In this document: piece by piece, positions 49,515 through 58,399 of the stretch | Position numbering within the stretch: position 1 is the first letter of the stretch | Layout: the number at the start of each line of letters is the position of its first letter | The notes under the pieces: model-generated | Databases searched by the model: none | Told to the model about the DNA's origin: nothing | The model's input: the letters and a program-made list of their open reading frames with translations, nothing else | Assembly: GCA_038882475.1 (NCBI GenBank) | Contig: JAVZOF010000002.1 | Span: 9,781 to 73,780 of the forward strand | Reading direction: 5' to 3' | Length of the DNA stretch: 64,000 nucleotides | Source of the DNA: Candidatus Bathyarchaeia archaeon | GTDB lineage: Archaea; Thermoproteota; Bathyarchaeia; Bathyarchaeales; Bathycorpusculaceae | Position numbers and translations under genes: made by a program

Positions 49515-51191
49515 ATGGCAGAAAAACTGAAACTAAGTTTGCCAAAGTTTTCAGGTTTTAAAATTTCGCTATTTAAGAAGAAGATGGAAGAAACGGAAGA
49601 AGATGTTTGGCCTTTTAAGAGAACTGTTTGCGAAACGTTAGAGGAAGCCTTGACAGAGCACCCTTACTTAAAGGACTATTTTGATACATTGCCAGAGAAG
49701 CCCAAATATGTTTTGAATCTTGATTTAGAAGAATATGGAAAAGACACTAACCTATTGTATCCTTTAGGCTTAGGAATATACGCCCATATCGACGTTGGAG
49801 GAGAAATTGGAAAATACAATCTTATAGAGCCGGAAAAACCAGACCGCCAACTTTTAGATGATATTGAGGCTGCTGTTGCCAGGCTTATCGGGGACAAGGA
49901 ATACAAGGAACAAAGAGAAAACGTGTTAGCTTCACTTTTTAGACAAGCCATAAAAAGGAAAATGGTTAAAATTCCAAAAAATAAAGATGAAGGCGCCGTA
50001 CTCTATCACTTTTTAAGAGAAAAAATAGGACATGGCTTTATTGACGGTTTCTTGGCTGACCCATGGCTTGAAGACGTTAGCATTCCAGGGGCTGGCAAAG
50101 TTTTCGTTTATCATAAAATGTTTGGACATCTTGAAACCAATATTGATGTTTCAATAGATGAAATTAACCGCTTGTTAAGAAACATTTCCGAAAGATATGG
50201 AAAGGTGCTAAGCTACACGCACCCAATAATAGACATTCACTTGCCCGACGGCTCCAGATTTAACATAGTTTATGGCGAGGACATAAGCCTTAGAGGAAGC
50301 AACTTTACGATTAGGAAATTCCCTAAAGAACCCATTTCGGTTGCACAGTTAATTCGATGGAAAACTTTCTCGCCGGAGTTAGGTGCCTATTTATGGATGC
50401 TTTTTGAAGTGGGAATTTCAGCGATGGTTTGTGGGGAAACCGCGTCTGGAAAGACAACAACCTTAAACGCCCTTACAGGTTTCATAAACTCCGATTCAAA
50501 AATTATAAGCATTGAAGAAACTCCCGAGGTAAATCTGTTTCATAAGAACTGGATTAGAGAGGTCACACGACTGCATACAGGTGTCCCAGTAACCATGTTT
50601 GACCTTCTAAAAGCTGCTTTAAGACAGAGACCAGACTACATAATTGTAGGTGAGATAAGAGGCGAAGAAGGCAGAGTGGCATTTCAAGCCATTGAGACTG
50701 GACATCCAGTTTTGTCCACTATGCACGCTGGAACTTTGGGGCAGCTCTTTCAAAGGCTTACGTCCCATCCCATAGATGTCCCTAAAACACACATAGACGG
50801 CCTAAACTTGACAGTTTTCCAAGCGAGAATGGAACGTGGAAAACGGTTTATACGAAGAGTCACGTCAGTCAACGAAATAATAGGATACGAACCAGAAGAA
50901 GCTAGGCTAAACTATTTGCCAACCTTCATATACGACGCAGACTTGGACAGATTAAGGTTTATGGGCTCAAGCTTCCATCTGGAAACTAAAGTTCTTACCT
51001 TCAGGGGCTGGGGTAAAGAAAGATTAAAAGAGCTTTATGACGAATTGAAAGCCAGAGCTGAAATCCTCAATTTTCTAGCGGAGAACTTTCCAAGGTATAC
51101 GGATGTTTGGAAGACTTGCATTGCTGTTCGCGAAAAAGGCGTATGGGAAATCTATCGAAGGGTAAAAGAGATGAGGGTTCCTTGGGAATAA
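49515..51191 (+). CDS. arlI: Archaellum motor ATPase ArlI (FlaI)
   Basis: GETASGKTT, LLKAALRQRPDYIIVGEIRG, TGHPVLSTMHA. Confidence 0.94.
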   Translation: MAEKLKLSLPKFSGFKISLFKKKMEETEEDVWPFKRTVCETLEEALTEHPYLKDYFDTLPEKPKYVLNLDLEEYGKDTNLLYPLGLGIYAHIDVGGEIGKYNLIEPEKPDRQLLDDIEAAVARLIGDKEYKEQRENVLASLFRQAIKRKMVKIPKNKDEGAVLYHFLREKIGHGFIDGFLADPWLEDVSIPGAGKVFVYHKMFGHLETNIDVSIDEINRLLRNISERYGKVLSYTHPIIDIHLPDGSRFNIVYGEDISLRGSNFTIRKFPKEPISVAQLIRWKTFSPELGAYLWMLFEVGISAMVCGETASGKTTTLNALTGFINSDSKIISIEETPEVNLFHKNWIREVTRLHTGVPVTMFDLLKAALRQRPDYIIVGEIRGEEGRVAFQAIETGHPVLSTMHAGTLGQLFQRLTSHPIDVPKTHIDGLNLTVFQARMERGKRFIRRVTSVNEIIGYEPEEARLNYLPTFIYDADLDRLRFMGSSFHLETKVLTFRGWGKERLKELYDELKARAEILNFLAENFPRYTDVWKTCIAVREKGVWEIYRRVKEMRVPWE

Positions 51192-51205
51192 AAACCTTGA
51201 AAACA

Positions 51206-52777
51206 ATGAAAGTTTCAAGGGAGTCTGCTCTGTTAATTCTTTTGCTGGCTCCTTCATTACTGTTTGCAGTTTACTATTTGCTTATCGGAAAAACTTTAGA
51301 GGCTGTTCTTATTGTGCCCATAGGCTTAGGCACTTTATTGCTTTTAAAATACACAACGAAAAAGCGTTTCCCCAAAAAAGTGGACTTCATTCTCACAACT
51401 GTTGTCTTTCACATGTACGGCTTATCCCTTGGAGAAACCTCCCCTGATGACCTTGTAGGTACAATAGCGGAAAACAAGGAGTACGGTTTCTACAGCCGAA
51501 TATTCCAGAAAATCCGCAGTTTAGCCAAGGATTTTGGATACGGCATTACGAAGGCTACGGCACATATCGCTGACGCTGTGAAACCGCCATTAAAGGACAT
51601 CCTCGTCCGTTTCACAAATGTTTTTTCAAGCGTTGAGCCTAGAGGCTATTTGGAAATGGAATCTTCAATGCTGATTGAGGAATATTCTGGCTATTATACC
51701 CGCGCCATTGAAACTTTGAAAACTCTTGGTGGAATATTCACGTCTTTCCAAAGCGTGACAGTGTTCCTAATAATGACTATTGTTATCATGGCAATTTTCA
51801 TGATTGACCCCAGCGCCATAGCCTTCGGCTATTTTATCGCTGCTTTTTCCGTTATAATGATGTATATTCTTTTTAGGACTTCCTCTCCAAAGGAAAACCT
51901 TGTTTACATAGGGAAGTACCCGCCAAAGCTTTACCTTGGAATGAAATGGGGGCTGATAGCAACCGGGGCTTCTTCAACAGTGCTTGCTATCCTGTTATAC
52001 TTTTCTAGAGGCCCACCCTTCGCTTTTATAACGTTAGGCTTGGGCGTAATAGTTCCAGGAGTGTTTGGTTACACTCTTGAAAAACATGTAAACCAGATTG
52101 ACCGAAGCTACCCAACTTTTCTGAAGGCTTTAGGAGAGAACTTGGCTTCCACTTCAGACTTGAAGGCTGCCTTCTCCTACATAATTCAAATGGAATTAGG
52201 TCCTTTTAAAAAGCTTGTTAAAGAAGCTTTAGCGCGGCTGAGGCTTGGGATAGGGCATGAGCAGACTTTGGAAACACTTTCCTCTGAGGCTGCGTCATAT
52301 CAAGTTCATATAAGTAACAGGATTTTCTTGGATTCTATGAGCAGGGGCGCGAATCCCCTTGAAATAGGCAATGCCTTGGGAAACCGTGTTGTAAAGTTTA
52401 TTGAATTTCGGAAGTCAAGGGATGTTGTTGCTAAAGGGTTTCAGATGATAATAATGGTTATGCAACCCCTCACTGTTGTTTTATTGGTTGTTATGCAAGT
52501 GCTTGCAGGATTCATGTCCCAGTACTTGATAAATTTGCCATATTTTGGCTTTAACGCTATTCCAATACCGTTGATTGAGGCTGGCAATATAGCCTTGGTT
52601 TTTATAATGGCTGTTGTGAATGCTTTAACGATTAAAGAGGTTTCAGCGGGATACTGGGGAACGTTTCTTCTTAATTTGGGCATTCTCCTAATTGTTAGTG
52701 GCGTAACTTGGATGACTGCCCACATATTTGTGGAAATTGCGTTGGGTTCTATGCCCAGCATCGAGTTGCCCGTGTAA
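51206..52777 (+). CDS. arlJ: Archaellum platform protein ArlJ (FlaJ)
   Basis: Multi-TM protein with two cytoplasmic domains directly after arlI; start ATG 51206 (or TTG 51197). Confidence 0.88.
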   Translation: MKVSRESALLILLLAPSLLFAVYYLLIGKTLEAVLIVPIGLGTLLLLKYTTKKRFPKKVDFILTTVVFHMYGLSLGETSPDDLVGTIAENKEYGFYSRIFQKIRSLAKDFGYGITKATAHIADAVKPPLKDILVRFTNVFSSVEPRGYLEMESSMLIEEYSGYYTRAIETLKTLGGIFTSFQSVTVFLIMTIVIMAIFMIDPSAIAFGYFIAAFSVIMMYILFRTSSPKENLVYIGKYPPKLYLGMKWGLIATGASSTVLAILLYFSRGPPFAFITLGLGVIVPGVFGYTLEKHVNQIDRSYPTFLKALGENLASTSDLKAAFSYIIQMELGPFKKLVKEALARLRLGIGHEQTLETLSSEAASYQVHISNRIFLDSMSRGANPLEIGNALGNRVVKFIEFRKSRDVVAKGFQMIIMVMQPLTVVLLVVMQVLAGFMSQYLINLPYFGFNAIPIPLIEAGNIALVFIMAVVNALTIKEVSAGYWGTFLLNLGILLIVSGVTWMTAHIFVEIALGSMPSIELPV

Positions 52778-52974
52778 CTTTTGTTTGCAGGGTTTTCTGC
52801 TGGTTTGTTGCTGTAAAACTTAGCACGGTCTGGGTGTTCTGGATATATACTTTGAATTCATATTCGGAGTTTGTATTCTGATTCGCGATTTTAAATAATG
52901 TTTATTATATCTTAATATTCGCTATATTTGTTGGTGGAGGTGGTGGTGGAGTAAGTAGAGTAGGTGGTGGAAAC

Positions 52975-53856
52975 ATGGGAGAAAAACCGAATATTAAATG
53001 TCAAAAATGCGGGTACGAGTGGCACACCAAGTCAAAACTTAAAATGGTAACATGTCCTTCATGCAACCAGAAAAATCCAAACACCGCATTAAACAGACGC
53101 CGCCGATTGGTAAAGGCTCTCGCACAGCAGAAACGCGCAATTATAGGTTTAGAAGCAGCCATAGTGCTCATAGCTTTCGTAATAATAGCTGCAGCCTTCA
53201 GCTTCATGGTTGTGAATCAAGGCTTATACGCCACTGAAAGGGGCAAAGTGGTTATCCAAGAAGGCTTAAAGCAGGCAAGCACTCCACTGACAATAGACGG
53301 AACAACATTCGTGAGAACAACGCCCGACGGCAAAGCAGTAAACGTCATAATAATTCCCGTAAAAGCCTTCGGAGTAAAATTCGTGGCCGTCGGCAGAAAC
53401 CAAACAGTCATAGTCTTAAGAGTCGGCGAAAGAGCTTGGGCAAACGCTTACCTGGGCGTATTATACACCGGATACAACGCAACATCCTACTACTATACTG
53501 ATGACGAAACATACGATCCAACTGGAAAAGAATTCGACGATTTCGTAGGTTTTAGGTTCGCCAACCAAACCAATGAGGGAGAAGAACGCAATGTCTACAT
53601 AAACGGAACATACAGCAACGGATACAGCGAAGGCTTGTTCAATGGAGCGGTTCTTGCTATCGCTTATAGCAATGGAGACGAAGCCTTGGACACAAACGAG
53701 AAAGGTTTCCTAATAATCACATTGGCAAACGATGCCGCAGCCCCTGCGAGGTCACAGATAAACATCGAGATAAGGCTTGAGAAAAGTGCTACACTCTCAA
53801 TCGAGATTACAATACCAGAATCTATGCCGAAGAATACTTATGTGCCGATATTCTAG
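52975..53856 (+). CDS. arlB: Archaellin ArlB with zinc-ribbon-containing 55-aa leader
   Basis: KRA|IIGLEAAIVLIAFVIIAAAF class III signal; CQKC/CPSC upstream of it. Confidence 0.9.
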   Translation: MGEKPNIKCQKCGYEWHTKSKLKMVTCPSCNQKNPNTALNRRRRLVKALAQQKRAIIGLEAAIVLIAFVIIAAAFSFMVVNQGLYATERGKVVIQEGLKQASTPLTIDGTTFVRTTPDGKAVNVIIIPVKAFGVKFVAVGRNQTVIVLRVGERAWANAYLGVLYTGYNATSYYYTDDETYDPTGKEFDDFVGFRFANQTNEGEERNVYINGTYSNGYSEGLFNGAVLAIAYSNGDEALDTNEKGFLIITLANDAAAPARSQINIEIRLEKSATLSIEITIPESMPKNTYVPIF

Positions 53857-54498
53857 ATGAGGCAGATAGATTATGCGAAAATACTAAAAAATAAGAGAGG
53901 CATAGTGGGCATCGAAGCAGCCATCGTACTTATTGCCTTCATAATTATTGCTGCCGCGTTAAGCTACGTGATCATAAACATGGGCTTTTATACTACACAG
54001 AAGACAAAGGAGACAATGCAAACGGGCCTTGACGAGTCTTTAACTGCCCTACAGCTAGACGGAGTAGTAACGGCAAAAACCGACAGTCTCGGATACATCA
54101 AATACTTGGCTATTCCAGTAAAACTTTCCGCTGGCCGCGCTGCCATAGACCTCGGAAAAAACGCGGTTGTGGTTTCAGTATATCTGCAAAACGCAACACT
54201 GATGAACATGTATCAAGGCGCTGCACCGACAAACGAAACAACCTGGGACGCTTTGCTTAGTTCTCTTGATTTAACCAGCGAAGGCGCAAAGTTTGCTATA
54301 TACAATGGAAACAATAACACGGTGCTCGAGTTAACTGGAAAAGCATTTCTCATAATCTGCCTCAACGAGGAACGTAGGATCAGCAACTACGAAACTGTTA
54401 AGATTGAGGTGAGAGGAGCAAAGGGTGCTGCTTTGACGGTTATGCGAACCGCTCCAGGCGGCATGCTTCCAAACTCGTTTGTTGACTTGGTTAACTAG
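53857..54498 (+). CDS. arlB: Archaellin ArlB
   Basis: KRG|IVGIEAAIVLIAFIIIAAALSY..NMGF..TQK. Confidence 0.93.
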   Translation: MRQIDYAKILKNKRGIVGIEAAIVLIAFIIIAAALSYVIINMGFYTTQKTKETMQTGLDESLTALQLDGVVTAKTDSLGYIKYLAIPVKLSAGRAAIDLGKNAVVVSVYLQNATLMNMYQGAAPTNETTWDALLSSLDLTSEGAKFAIYNGNNNTVLELTGKAFLIICLNEERRISNYETVKIEVRGAKGAALTVMRTAPGGMLPNSFVDLVN

Positions 54499-54690
54499 TT
54501 TTCTCTTTTTATACCACAGCGCATTTGTTAAAGGTTCGTTGTTTTTCTTAGTCGGATTTCGAATTGAATTCAACATTTTATTCTTATTTTGAATCAAAAT
54601 TAGCAATTTTATCAATCTAAATTATCATTTCATAACTCTTAATATAATAACAAGCATAATTCAAAACGCACTTAAAAGGAAGATGGAAAA

Positions 54691-55323
54691 ATGAGTTGGA
54701 AAAAAGCTTTGATGAAACAAGTGAAACAGAAACGCGCCATGGTGGGTCTAGAAGCAGCAATAATCCTCATCGCCTTTGTCATAATCGCCGGCGCCTTCAG
54801 CTTCATGGTCATAAACCAAGGCTTATTCGCAACAGAACGAGGAAAAACAGTAGTCCAAGACAGCCTAAGACAAGCAAGCACGCCTTTAGCTGTTGACGGC
54901 ACAGTGTTTGTAAATGCCAGCTCTGAAACAACAATTGACGCCCTGGTTATTCCATTAAGGGCTTATGGAGTTAGATACGTAGCAATGGGAACAAGTCAAA
55001 CCGCTGTAACCCTCAAAGTGGGCGAAGATGCTTGGCCAAACATATATGAGGGAGTAAACGCAACATTCAGCTCAGCAGCTAACTTCACCGGTCTCGTTGA
55101 GGATGTTAGCAGTGGTAAGGCTAAACTTTTTATACAAAACACTAATGGCGACGACGCATTAGATGCAGACGAGAAAGGATATCTAGTGATACGCTTGAGC
55201 ACTACTGCTTCTGCAAGAACTCACATAGTTGTCGAAATTAGACCTGAAAAGTCCGCACCTCTTACAGTTGAGTTCTTTGTTCCAGAATCTTTGCCTGAAG
55301 GCTGGGTGACGGTGGCTGGCTAA
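54691..55323 (+). CDS. arlB: Archaellin ArlB
   Basis: KRA|MVGLEAAIILIAFVIIAGAFSF. Confidence 0.93.
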   Translation: MSWKKALMKQVKQKRAMVGLEAAIILIAFVIIAGAFSFMVINQGLFATERGKTVVQDSLRQASTPLAVDGTVFVNASSETTIDALVIPLRAYGVRYVAMGTSQTAVTLKVGEDAWPNIYEGVNATFSSAANFTGLVEDVSSGKAKLFIQNTNGDDALDADEKGYLVIRLSTTASARTHIVVEIRPEKSAPLTVEFFVPESLPEGWVTVAG

Positions 55324-55971
55324 ATGTTCGCCAAAAAATTCTTCAAGAATAGGAAGGGTATTGTTGGCGTAGAAGCAGCCATCGTCCTCATAGCCTTCCT
55401 AATAATTGCCGCTGCCCTCAGCTATGTGGTCATCAACATGGGGTTCTACACCACCCAAAAGACAAAGGAAACAATGCAGACAGGCTTAGACGAATCGTTA
55501 ACGGCGCTCCAGCTAGACGGAGTAGTTACAGCCAAAACTAACACATCATCATCGCATATCCTATACATCCTAATTCCAGTGAAACTTTCCGCGGGCAGAG
55601 GCTCAGTAGACCTCGGTAGTTCCTCAGTAGTGGTCTCAGTATACCTCCCAAGCGCCACACTGATGAACATCTATCAAGGCGCCATCATCACAAGCAACAC
55701 CACATGGGATATATTAATCACCACTCTCAGTTTAAGCAATAACCAAGCCAAGTTCGCAATATACAACGACAACGGAAACGAAAACACCGTGTTAGAATCC
55801 AACGAAAAAGCCTTCCTAGTAATCCGCCTAAACGCGACCAGTTCAACCGGCATGCTTGGAAACTACGAAACCATAAAAATCGAAGTTAGAACAGCAAAAG
55901 GCGCCGCGCTCACCGTTGTCCGCACTGCTCCAGGCGGATTAAGCCAAAACTCCTTCGTAGACCTAGGCTAA
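55324..55971 (+). CDS. arlB: Archaellin ArlB
   Basis: RKG|IVGVEAAIVLIAFLIIAAALSY. Confidence 0.93.
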   Translation: MFAKKFFKNRKGIVGVEAAIVLIAFLIIAAALSYVVINMGFYTTQKTKETMQTGLDESLTALQLDGVVTAKTNTSSSHILYILIPVKLSAGRGSVDLGSSSVVVSVYLPSATLMNIYQGAIITSNTTWDILITTLSLSNNQAKFAIYNDNGNENTVLESNEKAFLVIRLNATSSTGMLGNYETIKIEVRTAKGAALTVVRTAPGGLSQNSFVDLG

Positions 55972-56004
55972 CAACCGCTATAACCGCTCCACCCCACCTC
56001 CACC

Positions 56005-56011
56005 TTTTTTT
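56005..56011 (+). terminator. Putative oligo-T terminator after the last archaellin
   Basis: Run of T about 35 nt after the stop codon, preceded by a C-rich tract. Confidence 0.4.
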
Positions 56012-56109
56012 AAAAAAATAAATAATATTCTAACCCCATTTTTCTCCCATTTTCACATTCCTAAAACGCGCTACACAAACCAGCAGTACACAACAAGTTC
56101 TTATACTTA

Positions 56110-56194
56110 TGCGGGGGGTGGGATTTGAACCCACGAACCCCTACGGGACAGCCGCCTCAGGGCTGCGCCTTTGGCCAGGCTTGGCAACCCCCGC
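56110..56194 (-). tRNA. tRNA-Leu(GAG)
   Basis: Reverse strand GCGGGGG...CAGCC-CTGAGGC-GGCTG, long variable arm, GTGGG-TTCAAAT-CCCAC, discriminator A. Confidence 0.96.
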
Positions 56195-56294
56195 TTTGTT
56201 GTTGCGTTTTATTTTTAATTTTGTGGGTGGAATTAAATCTTCCTTTCGTTGATTGGGTTTTGTGAAGTTATTGAAAAATAAAGAGGGTGTGGGT

Positions 56295-56807
56295 TTAGGT
56301 TAGTCTGAAGTCTTCTTTTATGGTTGTTAGCACTACGTGGGTGTTTGTTCTTTCTACGTAGGGCATTGCCAGTAGACGTTTTGCGAATTTGCTTAGTTCT
56401 TCTCTGTTTTTGAATTTGGCGATTATTATGGCGTCTATTAGCCCAGTAACATCGTAAACGCAGCAGACGTTGGGGAGTTTTGCAATTTCGCTTTCCACTT
56501 CTAGAAGGCGGCCTTTTGAAACTGTTATTTCGCTTACAACTGTTAATGCATAGCCCAGTTTTTCATGGTCTAATATTGCTGTGTATCCTTTGATTATGCC
56601 GTTTTCCTCGAGTTTTTTGATTCGGGATAGGGCTGTGCTTGTGGATATGCCGCAATGTTTGGCAAGCTGTCTTGAGGACAGCCTTGCATCTGAAGTTAGA
56701 GCCTTTAATATTTTAATGTCTACATCGTTCAACCCCTCTTCTTTTTTAGCACTTTTAGTTTTCGCTTCTTCTGCGGAGACTGATTTCTGAACGTTTGTTT
56801 TGTTCAT
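56295..56807 (-). CDS. Lrp/AsnC-family transcriptional regulator
   Basis: DIKIL..DARLS..RIKKLEENGIIKGY HTH plus RAM domain; divergent from glnA. Confidence 0.93.
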   Translation of the reverse strand: MNKTNVQKSVSAEEAKTKSAKKEEGLNDVDIKILKALTSDARLSSRQLAKHCGISTSTALSRIKKLEENGIIKGYTAILDHEKLGYALTVVSEITVSKGRLLEVESEIAKLPNVCCVYDVTGLIDAIIIAKFKNREELSKFAKRLLAMPYVERTNTHVVLTTIKEDFRLT

Positions 56808-56948
56808 TATCCACGTGCTCCTTCAAGTATTCCACATTTGTACAATTAAATTACTTAATATTTAACATTTGTCATTATTTTTATGAAAAAAACTTTTATA
56901 TTTATTGTTTGAATCTTTTTTGCTGTAAAATTAAGTGAGAGAAGCTAC
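56808..56948. promoter_or_regulatory. AT-rich divergent promoter region between lrp and glnA
   Basis: AT-rich intergenic with BRE/TATA-like GAAAAAAACTTTTATA upstream of glnA. Confidence 0.5.
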
Positions 56949-58340
56949 ATGAGGAAACTTTCAGACAAGGCGAATCAGAACATTGAGTTGTGTTTTAAAC
57001 TTATGAAAAATGCCGATCATGCGCTATTGCATTTCACTGATTTGCTTGGCTTCTTTAAAGGCAGAACAATTCCCGTTGAAGAGGTGGAGAATGCCATAGC
57101 TGAGGGCGTTGGTTTTGATGGCTCATCTTTGATAGGCGGTGTTAGCATAGAGGAAAGCGATATGGTTATGAAGCCAGACATAGCCACTTTCACAGTTTGC
57201 CCCTACTATTTTTACGACAAAAGCGTCGTCAGTTTCATCTGCAACTTATATACGCCTGATGGTAAACGTTTTGAAGGAGACCCACGCTATATTTGCCAAA
57301 AAACCTTTGAAAAGCTGGTGGCGGATGGATACGAACCTACAGCTGCTGCAGAGTTGGAATTTTACCTAGTGCAGAGAACCCCAGCGGGAAATTTCCAACC
57401 CGTTGAAAACCACTTAATAGATAAGCAAAGGTACTTTGACATAACACCAGGTCGAGATGTAACTGAAAGCTTCCGATTAGATTTGACAAACGCGCTTTTC
57501 ACTATGGGTATGGAAGTGGAGAGGGAACACCATGAGGTTGGCGCCGCTCAGAATGAAATTACTTTCAAATATTCAGATCCTGTGACGACCTCAGATAATA
57601 TAGTGCGGTATAAGTTTGCAGCTAAGGCTGTTGCGGATAGGAAATATGGGTGGATAGCCACTTTTATGCCTAAACCATGGTTTGGGAAGCCTGGAAACGG
57701 TATGCACGTCCATCTTGGACTTTTTGATGTAAAGAATGGCAAAAACCTTTTTTACGACAAGGATGGCTACGCCAACATTTCGCAGAAATGCCGCTATTTC
57801 ATAGGTGGAATCCTCGAACATTCAAGGGCATTATGTGCTGTTGTGGCGCCTACGGTGAACAGTTATAAGCGGCTTGTGCCGGGCTATGAGGCGCCAGTTT
57901 ACATTACATGGAGCAAAAAGAACCGTTCAGCCCTAATAAGAGTGCCAGAATACTTTCCAGGAAAAGAGAATGAAGCCAGAATAGAGTTTCGGTGTCCAGA
58001 CCCATTATGCAATCCTTATTTGGCTTATGCTGTGATTTTTGAGGCGGGATTGGACGGCGTTAAAAGGAAAATTGAACCCGGCGACCCTGTGGATGTTAAT
58101 GTTTACCATTTAAGTGAAGCCAAGCGCAGAGAGCTTGGAATCAAAGTTTTACCAAGTTCTCTTAAAGAAGCCTTGGAAGAATGGGAGAGCGATGACATTT
58201 GCATAAAAGCTTTGAGCAGAGAAAACGCCGAGAAATACGTGGAGCTTAAAATGCAAGAATGGAAGGAATATGAAACTTGCATGCCAAAAGAAAAAAGTGA
58301 AGTTACAATGTGGGAGTTGCAGAAATACCTTTACGCCTAA
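56949..58340 (+). CDS. glnA: Glutamine synthetase type I
   Basis: FDGSS, ELEF, HHEV, TFMPKP, GMHVH, NSYKRLVPGYEAP, RIEFR. Confidence 0.93.
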   Translation: MRKLSDKANQNIELCFKLMKNADHALLHFTDLLGFFKGRTIPVEEVENAIAEGVGFDGSSLIGGVSIEESDMVMKPDIATFTVCPYYFYDKSVVSFICNLYTPDGKRFEGDPRYICQKTFEKLVADGYEPTAAAELEFYLVQRTPAGNFQPVENHLIDKQRYFDITPGRDVTESFRLDLTNALFTMGMEVEREHHEVGAAQNEITFKYSDPVTTSDNIVRYKFAAKAVADRKYGWIATFMPKPWFGKPGNGMHVHLGLFDVKNGKNLFYDKDGYANISQKCRYFIGGILEHSRALCAVVAPTVNSYKRLVPGYEAPVYITWSKKNRSALIRVPEYFPGKENEARIEFRCPDPLCNPYLAYAVIFEAGLDGVKRKIEPGDPVDVNVYHLSEAKRRELGIKVLPSSLKEALEEWESDDICIKALSRENAEKYVELKMQEWKEYETCMPKEKSEVTMWELQKYLYA

Positions 58341-58399
58341 CAAATCTTAAATCATCCTCTATTTCTAAGTTTTGAAGTCAATGTGGGTTGAAAATAGGC

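Noticed and set aside
51107-51205. Long N-terminus of ArlJ
   Set aside because: Overlaps arlI; downstream starts at 51197 or 51206 fit better
45296-56109. Integrated mobile element between the tRNAs
   Set aside because: No integrase, transposase or duplicated tRNA 3' end seen; kept only as a possible variable locus
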